DNA of 63,818 nucleotides, filler included, from Octopus bimaculoides (Eukaryota): assembly GCF_001194135.2 (NCBI RefSeq). It is 6 parts of 6 records of this genome, joined end to end, with 100 filler letters (N's around TTAATTAATTAA, not from the genome) between each part and the next. Parts side by side here need not be neighbours in the genome. Positions count along the whole stretch, not along the records: positions 15,007 to 38,699 come from NC_068981.1; positions 38,800 to 50,855 come from NC_068983.1; 4 more parts are not named here. One strand, 5' to 3'. The position numbers were made by a program, and so were the translations under genes. This document shows, in pieces, positions 25,233 to 39,192 of the stretch (positions are counted from its first letter, which is position 1; every line of letters starts with the position of its first letter). The notes beneath the pieces are model-generated. The model searched no databases. It saw only the letters and a list, made by a program, of their open reading frames with translations, and had not been told where the DNA came from.

Positions 25233-26413
25233 NNNNNNNNNNNNNNNNNNNNNNNNNNNNNNNNNNNNNNNNNNNNNNNNNNNNNNNNNNNNNNNNNNNN
25301 NNNNNNNNNNNNNNNNNNNNNNNNNNNNNNNNNNNNNNNNNNNNNNNNNNNNNNNNNNNNNNNNNNNNNNNNNNNNNNNNNNNNNNNNNNNNNNNNNNNN
25401 NNNNNNNNNNNNNNNNNNNNNNNNNNNNNNNNNNNNNNNNNNNNNNNNNNNNNNNNNNNNNNNNNNNNNNNNNNNNNNNNNNNNNNNNNNNNNNNNNNNN
25501 NNNNNNNNNNNNNNNNNNNNNNNNNNNNNNNNNNNNNNNNNNNNNNNNNNNNNNNNNNNNNNNNNNNNNNNNNNNNNNNNNNNNNNNNNNNNNNNNNNNN
25601 NNNNNNNNNNNNNNNNNNNNNNNNNNNNNNNNNNNNNNNNNNNNNNNNNNNNNNNNNNNNNNNNNNNNNNNNNNNNNNNNNNNNNNNNNNNNNNNNNNNN
25701 NNNNNNNNNNNNNNNNNNNNNNNNNNNNNNNNNNNNNNNNNNNNNNNNNNNNNNNNNNNNNNNNNNNNNNNNNNNNNNNTATATATGAGTGTGTATATGT
25801 ATAAAGGTTTATGTGTATATATATTTGTATGTAGTTAGATCTACGTTTGCTACTGGTGAATTTAGATCTCCACTTACGAGTGTATTATTATCCAGTGTAC
25901 TAAAAGCAAACGTGTTTGCGTTTAAATATATATAATCGCCAATATACGTGTGCATATGAATATGTGTATACGTATAATGCACACATACGCATCTATCTAT
26001 CTATCTACACATACATACATACATACATATATATATATATGTGTGTGTGAGAGTGTGTGTGTGTGTATGTGTGAGTGTGTATACATACATAATACATACG
26101 TACATATTTATATATGTATATATTCGAATATTTATATGCATCTAAGCATATATATATATACATAGAGTGATACTGTTGCAAATGCAAATAATTGAACATA
26201 TCTTACTTAAACCTGCTTATGTAGGTATGTATTCGTAATATGAATATTTATTAAAAAAAACATACATACTCGAATATAGAGGGAAATTTATAATTCCCAC
26301 CCTTTGTATTTCGCAAAGTTTCTCGTTATCTGATTACAATACTGTACGATTACTATTCTGATAGCACTTATCGACGGACAAACATGTATCCGAATCTCTT
26401 CTCTTCATTTCAG

Positions 26414-26545
26414 GCAATCAGACTATCTTTTCATTTATGGCTGCCAATTTTGGACAATTTTTCATTCTACAATTTGTCTCGCTTTCTCATTTGGAAATTG
26501 TGATAAACGCCAAACGATTGGTCTCCTCTCTCTCCGGATTCGAAG
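26414..26545 (+). other. Unverified candidate exon (AG...GT bounded, 132 nt)
   Basis: Pyrimidine tract ctcttctcttcatttcag acceptor, gaag/gtaatt donor, open in two frames. No protein recognised. Confidence 0.15.
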
Positions 26546-26899
26546 GTAATTTCAATAAATAGGGGATTAATCGCGGATGATAAGATATCTTCATTAGCCT
26601 TTGTTGTTCCAAAGCATTTGGTGGCCACATTGGATTTTCAGAGCTCGACCATTGCTTTTATATCTTCATATCCATGTCGGCGCACACGCGCACACACATA
26701 CACCTACACAGTCACACACATAACACACACAGAAAAACACACGTGTATACAGTGTGTTCGGGCTAAATGTAGCTATTGTTATGTTTCCTTCTTCAGGAAC
26801 ACTTGAGGTGTTGGTACACAATCAACGGTATTGGAGAATATAAACACTAAAAGCGTAGCTGAGTAAAAGTTATCTAACATGGTGACCACAAAGCTATCT

Positions 26900-27313
26900 G
26901 AATATTGGAAAAGAGTTATCTGTTATGATGATTTGCACTAATTATCAAAATAGTGATCAAACCCTGGTTGGATAGAGTTGCTTCTAAAAATCCAAATGCG
27001 TGGCAGCAGAATTTGATTCCTCCCTATATCACAAGAAAAAGTCAGGAGTGTTTTGTCGGAGAATGTCTACACTTCCACCAGACCCAATTTCTAACCTCCT
27101 AATTCCCTAGACTGGAATCCCGTAGATTACTATATGTGGTGCACGGTTCAAAAAGACACCAACCTCCGTGCCGGCATCACGAAGCCCGAACTGGTGGTCA
27201 AGATCAAGGAAGTGTTTCAAAATCTTCCCAGTGACACAGTGAGGAACGCATGCTCCAGGTTCCAGGGCTCTCTTGAGGCTGTACCGAAAGCTGAGGTCGC
27301 CTACTTTCAGTAA
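26900..27313 (+). pseudogene. maT/DD37D-type Tc1/mariner transposase, C-terminal half, decayed
   Basis: KPWLDRVAS...AWQQN...(one frameshift)...F*PPNSLDWNPVDYYMW...VRNACSRFQGSLEAVPKAEVAYFQ*. 37 residues between the second and third catalytic positions after frameshift correction. Confidence 0.8.
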
Positions 27314-27380
27314 ATGTTTATGTCCCAGCTACAATCTAGTGGCTGACAACCCCACACACACACACACACATGCACGCACG

Positions 27381-27456
<76 letters not shown>

Positions 27457-27609
27457 TGTATATATATATGTATATACACACACACACATAGTGCGCTGAA
27501 TATACTGTCATCTAAATTACACAAAAATGAAAGTAACACTGACATTTCATTTTAACAGATATATTTACCAAACATATATAAAAATATCCTGAAATACTAA
27601 AGAGTAAAT

Positions 27610-27730
27610 TTATTCAATAATATTGCCATTGGCTTCAACCACGCCCTCCAGACGACTTCAGAATCTTCTATAACTTTTCTGGACGGTCTCCTTGTTTAAG
27701 TTGGTGAATATAGCTTACATGCTTTACCCC
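27610..27730 (-). pseudogene. Second maT-like transposase C-terminus, convergent with the first
   Basis: AIFTNLNKETVQKSYRRF*SRLEGVVEANGNIIE*, the pattern of Tc1/mariner ends (RF..RLE.VV.A.G..IE). Confidence 0.7.
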
Positions 27731-28011
27731 AACAGCCAACATTTAACTTGTATACAAGACTATATGTGTGTGCATGCGCGCGTGTGTGTATGTGTGCTTA
27801 CGGAGGAAACAGTTTTTCTGCTATAAATTTTATACTGAAAGCACGTATACATATTTAATTTACATATACTTACACACATGTAGCTATGAAATTATGTCCA
27901 ATAATAAAGGGACTACTTTGAATGTGTATAAATATTCTATTGTTGTTAACGGCGGTAGTATTCCAAAATGAAATTTCTTTGATGACAATGATGATAATGT
28001 TGATGATTATG

Positions 28012-28039
28012 ATAATTATTATTGTTGTTATTATTATTA

Positions 28040-28070
<31 letters not shown>

Positions 28071-28075
28071 CATCA

Positions 28076-28151
<76 letters not shown>

Positions 28152-28156
28152 CATCA

Positions 28157-28198
<42 letters not shown>

Positions 28199-28207
28199 TT
28201 ATTATTT
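28012..28207. repeat. (TTA)n/(TCA)n microsatellite
   Basis: Direct reading. Confidence 0.95.
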
Positions 28208-28930
28208 AGTGAATATCAATCATGGTTGATACCGTTTGTAACACCAGCCACTAGTGGGATTAGCGTATCAGGGTACATCTCTTGCGTGCGTAATATATAT
28301 TAGTGTAGAGTAATGTGAGTACCCAGCTTGAATGAAGAAAAAATGGCTGCGTTTGAGATTATTTTAAGAGAAAAAAATGTGTCAACATGCTGGCGGATGA
28401 ACAAGAAGTGTTCTTTGGGGAAATCGATAGGTGTAATGAGCAGCTGTTTTTTAACAGATCTTCTGCAGTGGATATTAAGTAAAAATAATGTTTACTGTTA
28501 GATAGCTTGTCAAAGATAATACAGTTATTACTTATCATCATGGCAGGTAACAATAATCCACCAATCACTAAATATAGAACATTTCCTACATTCCATTTAG
28601 AGAGGAAAATGTTTTAAGCAAATTTCGCCTACGTGTCTATATATATGAAGACTCTCTGTCGAGAAAATGTCTCATTGTCCTCTCATAATTGGTAGACTGA
28701 TAATGAAACAGATGTGATTGTTATCAGTACATACAATATGCAACAGTTTAAGCCTTTATTAACAGAGTAATGTTCACATCGACTCATACCTTTTACATAC
28801 AATGCAAGACTTAGACTATTAAATTCTAGATTTCTAAATTTTCATGTAGATCAGTTAGTCTTTCACATACATTCTTACATACGTACACTACATAAATATA
28901 TGTGTCTGTTTACATATTCTTGTGTGTGTG

Positions 28931-28962
<32 letters not shown>

Positions 28963-30165
28963 CGAGTGTGAGGTTGTTCTCGAGTGCTATTGGTAACATG
29001 TAATCCAGTACAACCTGTTGCATGGTCGGGTCGTCGGCGACTAAACTGGCAAGACCACAAGGCTTGCTTGCTTCGTGAGGAGGGTGATTGTTGGACACCG
29101 TGTGGGACGAAAAGTAAGAGTCGTCAAAGGGCAGAGGCACTCATGAGCAGACAACGGCCATCCAACAAATAGGTGTAAATATGTATATATCGTTTTATAT
29201 ATTCTTGTAAGTATATATATATATATATATATATGTATATTTTTACGTGTTTATATATATCTCATATTTACATCTTATGTTTCTTATATTTTTAAGTTAC
29301 ATATCTTTTACAGTTTTTTATTTTGTTATTTTTAAATTACATATCTTTCACAATTTTTATACACCCACTGAAAAATTTTCATCAGCAGAAGTACTTCTTG
29401 TACACTAAACATATATATATATATTTTGAATCATTTGAAATAATATGTATGTACGTACGTACGTATGTATGTATGTATGTATGTATGTATGTATTTGTGT
29501 ATGTATTTATGAATAAGGGCTTTGCAGAGTCGTCAGTGCGTCGAATATAGCTGTCTCTTTGAACAATATAACGATTTTATCAAAGTACTTTTGAAAAAGC
29601 TCTTTTCGGTATAATGACGATGATACGCTTGTTGTTTAACACTAGTTCTACTCTGATTAAACTGCCGTTACCACCCATACACTTTAGCAAGAGTAAAGGC
29701 GGCTATATCCCATGTGTCATTTACTTTCAGAAACCTTGATTGCGTAATTTCAGGAAGGTACGGTTACATTTTTTTAGCAGACCGAGTAACCTTTTAAAAA
29801 TTGTTCCCTGCCCTTATTAAATACATTTATGTTAAGTTATCTTTTATGTGAAGCAGTGGGAAATTTATGTGCTCGAGGAATCAAAGAAAATGTAGAGTGA
29901 TATAAATACGTAGGTACGTATATGTACTTAGTAACACTAACTGTTTATAACTAGCAGGTATTTAAGGTATACACCAAAGAGTATGTATCATAGAACTGAA
30001 CATTTGAATACAGTATAGTTAATAGAATTTGAATGATAAAATTGGGAGATAAATAAAATAACGTTTTCCACAACTTTCAAGGCTTCCTAGATGGAAAGTT
30101 TGATAGACCATATAAGTAGAGCTCACTATGCATATATGATAATAATAATAATAATAATAATAATG

Positions 30166-30254
<89 letters not shown>

Positions 30255-32547
30255 AATAATCCTAGGATGGAATTTATAAACATTTAATGCATCACTACGC
30301 ACGTTTCCTCAAATCTCATGACTTTTAAGATTATAGTCCGTATTCCTGGGATGATTGTAGTGCAGTCCGTAGTATCTTTATATCCTATACAAATCTATAA
30401 TCAAGAACATTATTGATATGACTTCGAAATTTCGACCAGCTAAGCCACCGTCCGTCCGACAGACACTTTACGTGTATATATGTGTATGTATACACACACA
30501 CGCGCGCACACGCACACACACACACACACACATATACATATGAAGGAATGCTACATGCTAAGTCATCTGGTTTAAGGCGGGTTTAGTCGGAGTATTCAGT
30601 AAAGTTGCTCGAGACATTGAAATAAAAAAGAAAGCCAGCTAAGATCGAAAAAAATTATGTTTTACAATAGGTTTTTGACTCTCAGTCGATTCCTTTCATT
30701 TTACTCATTGATTCATTTCTCTCCAATTTGGACGATTGATATTACTGATTCTTATGTTTTCTTATTCTTTGGCAAGTTGAACAAGCGAATCAGAATACTT
30801 AGTTTTCAGTGCCTCTTTTATCTTCCTTCCCTTATTGTTTTTGTGTACTGAAATGTATAATTAAGAGGTCACTATTAAGTACTTCGAAAATATTCCTCTA
30901 AAATTGCCAGCTTGCCTATCAATCAGCAACAACGGTACCAAACACGATAACCATATTCTTACTTTTCCTGGAAACAGAATCGACGATATGTGGTTCATAT
31001 ACTTTCAGTGTAAATAGTCAGAAATACCTTCCCTGAAGCTAAGAAAGCCATTCACTTTCCACAACGAAACTAAAGTGAATGTGTCCGTTTTTTAGACTTA
31101 TTTGTTTTATCACATGTGATGAATTCATTAAATTAGTCATCAAAGCCGGAAGCAACAGCAGTATCAAATGTCGAATGACCTCCTACCATGTTTTTCCGTT
31201 AACAACAACAAAAAATAGACATATTGTCAGACAGTTCTATATAACTTTTATGTTGCTTTTTTTCTTTCTTTCTATTATTATGTTTACTAGTATGTTGTTG
31301 AATTGCTGTTTAGTTTGCAGTCACATATCCGACCAATTCTCTTTAGCTGATCAAATCTAGCTTTTGTCCACATTCGCTTTGATGGCGATTATTCTAATTA
31401 CTTGACCCTTAGCTACAATTATCATTCAAATATCTATTTTCGATCTTAGTTTTCGTTGCTATTTCTGGATATCCTTATAAACAATGCGTTTAATTTAGTA
31501 ATGTACATTGAATATCTGACTCTCTAGGGTATATCCTCACTCGCTTCCTTAATGTATATCCATAGGTTATAATGATGTTTTGTTCATTTCTCTTCTACAT
31601 TTAGTGTACCAGTACGGAATACTTAATATCCTAGCATTAAGTTTGCAATTACCTTTACTATTTACAGTATGATTCCAATTTCACGAGTGTTGTTTTCAGT
31701 GAATGTTTTCAATGTCGTTTCTGATCTTAGCAAGATGTTTTTCTTATTCCCAATATTTCAACATTTTGTTGTTTTAGAAATATACTTACTTGCAATATTA
31801 AGAGTTGAATATGAGTTCTACTGAAAAAATAATATATTCTCGGTGGAATTCCGTGGCTATTTTTAGAAAAAACTGAATGAGTAAATGTTGCATGCATGAA
31901 TTTCTTACGGTCATTATGAGAAATGGCGGCACACGTGACAGGAACCAGCACCCTTAACTTATTTGATCACAATTTTCACATAGTTCTACGTATGTCAATC
32001 AATATTTTCGGTTAAAGTATCTGATTAGTATTAAACTTATACGCTATTGTTAAATGCTGAGTTTTACCAATGGTTTCAATTAGATATTTCAGATTCTGCA
32101 TAAATTTGAGAAGTCACGAAGAATCAGTACTTTTTACTTTGAGAATCTTAGCTCTTTTATCATGAAAATCTAATACTAATACAGATAACACTGAATAGTA
32201 AAATGTTTTATAAAAATGTGGTTTACCGTCTACCCGGAAATAATTGAGGAGAAAAACGATCTTCATATACTGCCACAATGCACTCTTAGTCATGATACAC
32301 TTTAAAAGTATATGACATGGAGAGAATGCAAAAAGTTAACTCCATCACCAGTATAAATATACAGAAGAATAAACAACGAAGATGTTACTGATATTTTATA
32401 TTTTCATTCATAAATACTAGAGCTGTTCCCAAAGTTGAAATATAATCATTATCATCTGTATGATCATTATATATTTAATATATCAAAATACACGTTTATT
32501 TTTTGTGTGTGCGTTCTACTGTGAGGTGGACGATTTAAAACAGAACT

Positions 32548-33475
32548 AAGGCGGTTAGCTGGAAGAAACGTTAGCATGCCGGGCAAAATGCTTAGTGGTA
32601 TTCCGTCTGTCTTTACGTTGTGTTCAAATTCCGCCGAGATCGACTTTGCCGTTTATCCTTTCGGAGTCGATAAATTAAGTATCTGTTGCGTACTGGGGTC
32701 GATCTAATCGACTGGCCCCCTCACCAACATTTTTGGGCCTTGTGCCTAGAGTAGAAAAGAATATATCAAAATACACTATTTTTGTGCATTCTACTATGAG
32801 GTGGACGATTTCATACAGAACTGAGGCGGTGAGCTGGCAGAAACGTTAGCACTCCGGGCGAAATGCTTAGTGGTATTTCGTCTGCCGCTATGTTCTGTGT
32901 TCAAATTCCACCGAGGTCGACTTTGCCTTTTATCCTTTCGAGGTTGATGAAATAAGTACCAGTTACGCACTGGGGTCAATGTAATTGGCTTAATACATTT
33001 GTCTGTCCTTGTTTGTCCCCTCTTTGCTTAGCCCCTTGTGGGCAATAAAGAAATAAGAAACGTTAGCACGTCGGGCGAAATGCTTAGCGGTATTTCGTCT
33101 GCCGTTACGTTTCGAGTTCAAATTCTGCCGAGGTCGACTTTGCGTTTCACCCTTTCCGGGTCGAGTAAATAAGTACCAGTTACGCACTGGAATCGATATA
33201 ATCGACTTAATCTGTTTGTCTGTCATTGTTTGTCCCTTCTGTGTGCAGCCCCTTGTGGGCAGTAAAGAAAGAAGAAACTTTAGCACGCTGGGCGAAACGC
33301 TTAGCGGTATTTCATCTGTCTTTATGTTCTGCGTTCAAATTCTGCCGAAGTTGAACTTGCTTTTCATCCTTTCAGGATTGATAAATTAAGTACCAGTTGC
33401 GTAATGGGGTCGATCTAATCGACTGGCCCCCCTCCCCCAAAATTTCGAGCCTTGTGCCTAGAGTAGAAAAGAATA
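32548..33475 (+). mobile_element. Cluster of four SINE family B units: one monomer (32548-32762) and a head-to-tail trimer (32824-33475)
   Basis: Repeated gaaacgttagcac...gttcaaattc...gactttgc..tttcatcctttc..gtcga..aataagtaccagtt. Internal units are joined by a gtttgtcccc...gccccttgtgggcaataaagaa linker. Confidence 0.9.
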
Positions 33476-33479
33476 TATT

Positions 33480-35633
33480 AAAATACAAAATTAATTAATT
33501 TGAATAAGATGAGTAAACTGTTTAATCAGGAAATAAGTTGATTCCGGCATAGCGGAAGTTTACTGCAATTTATACAATAATTTCAAAATGGAGTTGATTG
33601 ACTTGCACTTTTTGAAATCACTGTCAATATACATATATTTTAGCTCGTTCACTATGCTCTTACATTCAAAAATACAGGAATACTTGTTTTCTAGACAAAG
33701 TTTTTTGCCTGAGAAAATATCTTATGAAAGCAATTGATAAAAAACATGAATGTGAAATCATTCAACTTTGCCAATAGATTGTCGGTTTGACAAAGTGTAT
33801 TATCACCCCACTTTTTACTAGAACCTAGAATACTTGTGAAGGTATTTTTCAAGTTTCCATGCAATAGTTTTATGGAAGACACAGTTCTTGATCTATAACA
33901 ACATCCTGTTTCGCACAGAGATGGAATACTGATTTCAATTGTCTGAAAACTTTTTTCCACTAGGTACTGGAAGATTTAAATTTACTAGATGCGCGTGAAT
34001 GAGAAAAAAACATTTTTACTCCACTCACATTCTCGGAACTTTTACTCAAAACTAAGTTGATTTTATGCGCATAGCAGTGAATTAAGTGTGCGTGTTTAGA
34101 TCCTTTATCCCCTTAGTATACTCTGTACTCCGTTTATCATTCCTGCAATTACAGCTGCTCCGTCGTAAGTCTGGCTCACTAAAGTATCTGTAGCGTCACT
34201 GAAGGAGTTCAACGCAGTTGCGATCACATAAGCTAGTCTTGTAGCACTTTTATCATCACTGACTTCATAGAATCCAAGATATCGTTCACATGTTTTATCT
34301 TCATATACATATGTTATTACGATTGACAGTTGGGCATGCATTGCACAGTCTGTAATTTTGTCAGCTTGCACAAAAATAAACTGAGCTTTATCAATTTCGC
34401 TTCAAATTTCATTTTGTATTGTACTTGAGACTCCTGAGCACCGTTTCGACCTCTCTTTAGTAGAAAGTCTAAAAGCAAACATGCTGTCGATTTCAGCAAA
34501 GCTCTGCAGTAGTTCACGGTAATTTCCTCTATTAAGGTTGTCACTTCCTTCATCATTTTCACATAAAGCAACTCTTGTTTACACAGGTACATCACTGTAT
34601 TTGTTAACTGCTTTAAATATTGTCTGTTTTCTTCAGCTGCTTTGTTATGTCGTTCTTTTTCCAGTTTAGCAGACTCACTAATAGCTGTCACAATATCGTA
34701 CAGCCCGAAAGTTTTCAAGCTTTTATAACTATCAATGCTTAAATGACTCACTGATTTACTGTGATGCTTACAATCACTCAGGGTATTTTAAAGATTATTA
34801 TAGCCTCCATCTGTCCATGATTGATTAGCTTTTGCTTGAAGCAACAAACGTGGCTAGGAGTAGAGTTTCTCTGTGATACTACTTGCACAAAGCCAATCAA
34901 TCTGTTCATACCATTTTATCTGGAATGTTCGAGTTCCAAATTTATTTTTCAATGAGGGAGTCGGCCTGCCCGCTCTAAGCATTTCATGTTTTCTGCAATA
35001 TTTCTAGCCCCAAATGGCTTGTCTTTTTTATATCTAGTACTCTGTCTTTCTCATTTATAAGTTAAAGGTAAAATTAAAGCAATCCTGCAAAATACAAGTG
35101 ATCTTTACACACAGATGCACAGTATAAACAAACATCAGTGATCTGACGGTCGCCTGCACATTTCACAAGAGATGCCAGTTGGTCTCTTACACCTACCAGA
35201 CTCGTTCGTATTAGCCCGAATTGTTGGATAATTTTTTTTGTTCCTTTAAGAATATTTAAGAATGGAAACTTTTCATAGATTGGAATTTAATTCCTAATCT
35301 CTATAGAAATTTATTGTTTCAAGAAAATATTGCGTTTGGATTATTACGATTATAGATAACAACTCGGGCCCGATTCAAGCGCGTGTGAACGATGTCGAGA
35401 GAATGTCTGATACGAATGAAATGTTTTGACAGAGAGCACCTCTAAGACCACCGCTAGACGCTGAACGAAAATAAATTAACTGCGACCAGGCTTAATAAAA
35501 GGATCCCGAGTTATTGGTTGCAGTTATATAGTTGAAGTCAGTGTTTATAGAAATTAAATCAGCTTGAAAATACACTTTTTAAAATTTATACTGGGGCTGA
35601 ACTCGAACAGCCCGAGTGTCAGAGACACCACGA
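33480..35633 (-). mobile_element. Decayed hAT DNA transposon (ZMYM1/DUF4371-like transposase)
   Basis: ORF 34105-34371 ADKITDCAMHAQLSIVITYV..ERYLGF..QTYDGAAV.AG..NGVQ; ORF 34317-34751 RHNKAAEENRQYL..LCKQEL; TTF-finger-like KWYEQIDWLCAS near 34900; possible left end with ggggctgaactcgaacagccc at about 35590-35633. Confidence 0.8.
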
Positions 35634-35899
35634 TATATATTTATATATCATATCATATCATATCCCTTCGGTAAAATCTTTTAACCACGAAGTGTCGGAG
35701 TGCATCCCCTGACCAAGTTAACATACATGAGGCTGATAATATCATAGGATTTGGAAAGCATCTCCTTCAGCAGCATTCCTTGTGTGATCACCTTAAATAC
35801 ATGCCCAAAGAATTTACACGGCTCCAGGATGATAATAACATTGATCATCAAAGCAGTCTATCATGGAATAACAACCGGATTACTAACTCCCACTTTCAA

Positions 35900-36810
35900 G
35901 GGTCTGTGTTTGCAATCTAGGAACAGGAAATACGAACGAAATACCTGATGCACAAAAGGGATACAGGCGGAGTAAAAACAGCAAAATGTGATAACCGATG
36001 CAGATTTTGTGGAATTAACACCGAAAATATCACCCACATTATATGCAGTTGTCTGAAACATGTCATCATGGGATTATCTACTGATGAGACATGATGTAGC
36101 TAAGACATTGTTTAATGAAATCCGTCGAAATGATAACATTGAAGCTAAAGAAATAAGAACCTACAATATGGTAGAAGCCATAGCCACTCATAAGAAGGAG
36201 TACTGGTGGAATATCTCAGTGAAATGAAATGTAAATAAAATAAAATGGAAATATAATAGACCTAACATAGTGATCTGGAGTAGGAAAGAGAACCTGCTTA
36301 CATTTGTAGAAAGAAGCTTCCCAGCGGAGGTTAACATAAAGCTAAAGATTAGCGAGAAAGAAAATACCTATGCAGAACTATTGAGAAATTTACAGCTACT
36401 CTATCCAGATTACACGATCAGTTTTATACTTGTAATTATTGGGGCACTGGGATATGTAACACGTTGCTTAAATACCAATCTTTAGAAATTAGGTTTCTCA
36501 AAACCAGGAAGGAGAAAGTTTGTTCGAAGATAGCAGATCCAAGCCATCACTGGAACTGTAAAATCCCGTAAAACTTTTCAAAAGTTTATTATTTAAGTAT
36601 ATATGAGCATGTCTAGATATGCAGCTCTATGCATGAGAATACATGCATAAAACAAACACAAATCTGCACATGGACTGACTCCAAATAATGCACATATACA
36701 CATGCAAAATACCCTGTTGTTGTTGAAATTCCAATGAAGGAGCCTTGAATCTAGGTTGGAAGCCAGCTCTTTATCTATTTGCAAGAACTCTTAAAATAAA
36801 ACAAAATAAT
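35900..36810 (+). mobile_element. R4/Dong-clade non-LTR retrotransposon, 3' end (CCHC finger, RLE endonuclease, 3' UTR)
   Basis: AI*EQEIRTKY..CRFCGINTENITHIICSC, YLLMRHDVAK, KEYWWN..YNRPNIVIW..E..KISEKENTYAEL..VIIGALG. UTR ends aataataa followed by (CATA)n. Confidence 0.85.
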
Positions 36811-37829
36811 AACATACATACATACATACATACATACATACATACATACATACATACATACATGCAACGTGGGCTGTTTATAGAGAAATCGTTGTTCGGA
36901 TCTGATTCGGTATCCTCATTTAATTGTTGTTCGGAACTGATTTGATCTCCTATTCATTCGATAGCTGCTTTCGGTTATAGAAAGAAGCATTCTTTCTATA
37001 CACAAGCACTATTCACTTATTTTTGTGATGGCTGGTCAGGTGTTTTAAGCACACGAATATCTTTGAAATATTTCTCTGAAATAACATATTGCTCTACCTT
37101 TTTTTACATACATGATAAATATTATAAACATTGTTACAGACACACATATAACCATTACTACACACTCAATATAGGCACGCAAATACATACACATATATTA
37201 TTTGGCACAATGTACACCAAACTAAACCTTGTTTGGGACATTCTATCAAATTTTGCTTTAAATTCCATTTATTGTGCATTATGAGAACTACCTTTTAATA
37301 CAGCTAAAGGTTTAGATCTAGACGCTCAGTGTGATAGCTATTGTACATATGAATATGGAAATTTTCAATTTTGGGAAATTAAATCAAATTTCGACACCTA
37401 ATAGGTTGTTGTTTTCTAGTGGTGAGAGAATATTATAGTGAAAAATTCGAATTTTTCTGCTTTACTTCCCACGGATAATTGTTCTGGTCGTGTATCGGCA
37501 GACGTATCGAATTTTCAGAAACAAAATTTGTCTTCTGGTAAAATATAATTCTTATTTTATGACATAATGCCAGAATTTTTTTTTATCTTGTGAGTTTGCA
37601 TATCATTTCTATTGTGTGTGACTCTGTTTCTTTGTAACTATGCATGACAAAAAATCATTCGAAGCATAAAAATATCAAAATGCGCAAACGTGCTGTTGTT
37701 ATTAAAATGTCTAAATAATCAGGTAATGAGCTGGCACCGAATATCGTAAGACACGAATTTCTTCACCGTAAATTGTCTGGCCATATTCACATAATGAGAT
37801 ATTCAAGATTTTTAAAAAAGTGACAGACT

Positions 37830-38640
37830 AAATTTTACAAGGCCTCTATAAAGGCAAACTTGCTGTTTTTCTCATTCGCTTCCTCACTATTGTCCTACCA
37901 GGAAATGGAGAGTTCTTACTAAAACACCTGCCTGGATTCAGCCCCAAGTGTGACATTAACAATGTGAATGCGGTAGCTTCTGGGAACTTTAGTTGTTCCC
38001 GCATGTCGTTTCTCAGTTCCCAGTCTTGTGGTGTTGCTAGTAGACCCAAAAGATTAATCGGCCAGCTGGCGGCTTCTTCGCAACACTATTGACAAAGGTA
38101 CTAATCTTCTTCGTTTGAGGGAGGCACTTGTCACACTTCATCTCACAGTGTGTGTGTATGAACTTCAGGACCTTTTCATAACTCGAACGAGGCATTTGAT
38201 CAGGAATTGAGGATGTATTCCAGTGTCCTTCAAATCAGGTACAGGTAGAAAGTAAATGACACCGCGTTTCCCCAGGAGAACAGGTTGAATTGACACGTAG
38301 GATGTTGTAAACTGCTTGAATTAGGAATTCTAGATGGTGGTGTCCAGCTCTTCAAAACTCACTCCATATGAATTAGCGTGTCAATAATTGCTCCTGTCTT
38401 AACCAAATTCTATGGTATTGCATCCATGCACGCTTGTTAGATCGTTCGTCCTCAACTGATACTCGTACTTTATTCCATATCAGTAAGCGTTTGTCCTTTT
38501 CCTGAACTTTGTCGTGTTTAGCTGAATGCCCACAAGCCGCCACTGTGCGAGCTCAACAGAGTCCACTGGTCTTTACCTTCATCCTGTCTTGATCTAAATA
38601 CCAGCATGAGAGACTTTTAGATGAGTTACCACGAATTGTC
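37830..38640 (-). mobile_element. Hero-clade (RLE) non-LTR retrotransposon fragment
   Basis: ORF 37846-38049 LLATPQDWELRNDMREQLKFPE..T.L; upstream C..C..gTLEHIL..C and FLIQAVYNIL..NL..WG-like segments typical of Hero elements. Confidence 0.75.
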
Positions 38641-39080
38641 TCACGTACACACATACACACATACACACACACATAAATATATATATATATATATATATAN
38701 NNNNNNNNNNNNNNNNNNNNNNNNNNNNNNNNNNNNNNNNNNNTTAATTAATTAANNNNNNNNNNNNNNNNNNNNNNNNNNNNNNNNNNNNNNNNNNNNT
38801 ATATATATATATATATATATATATGAATATACACACAGAGATTCTTTTGTTTGTGGTTTAACAAGGCAGCCAATGGTTTCGTGTAAGAGATCTTCGCGAT
38901 TGTTCATGCGCGTCACATGGAAGTGTTGGTACTCGTCTCAATTTTGTATATCTACCAATGCGGTTTTAGCACTCATTCTAACTGTCCGATATTACCGTAT
39001 ACATACATGCAAACATACATACATATATACATACATACATACATACACACACATATATATATAAAAGCATACATACATAC

Positions 39081-39121
<41 letters not shown>

Positions 39122-39128
39122 TTATGGA

Positions 39129-39192
39129 TTCTGTCTTATGGATTCTTAGACGATATATATATATATATCGTCCAAGAATCCATAAGACAGAA
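39129..39192. repeat. 64-bp palindrome: 24-bp arms (1 mismatch) around (AT)8
   Basis: ttctgtcttatggattcttagacg-(AT)8-cgtccaagaatccataagacagaa. Confidence 0.95.

Noticed and set aside
28910-29172. GC-richer block with ORFs on both strands (MPLPFDDSYF..., MLLVTCNP...)
   Set aside because: No recognisable protein and no good splice pair; the ORF runs into (CA)n. More likely a repeat fragment that I cannot assign.
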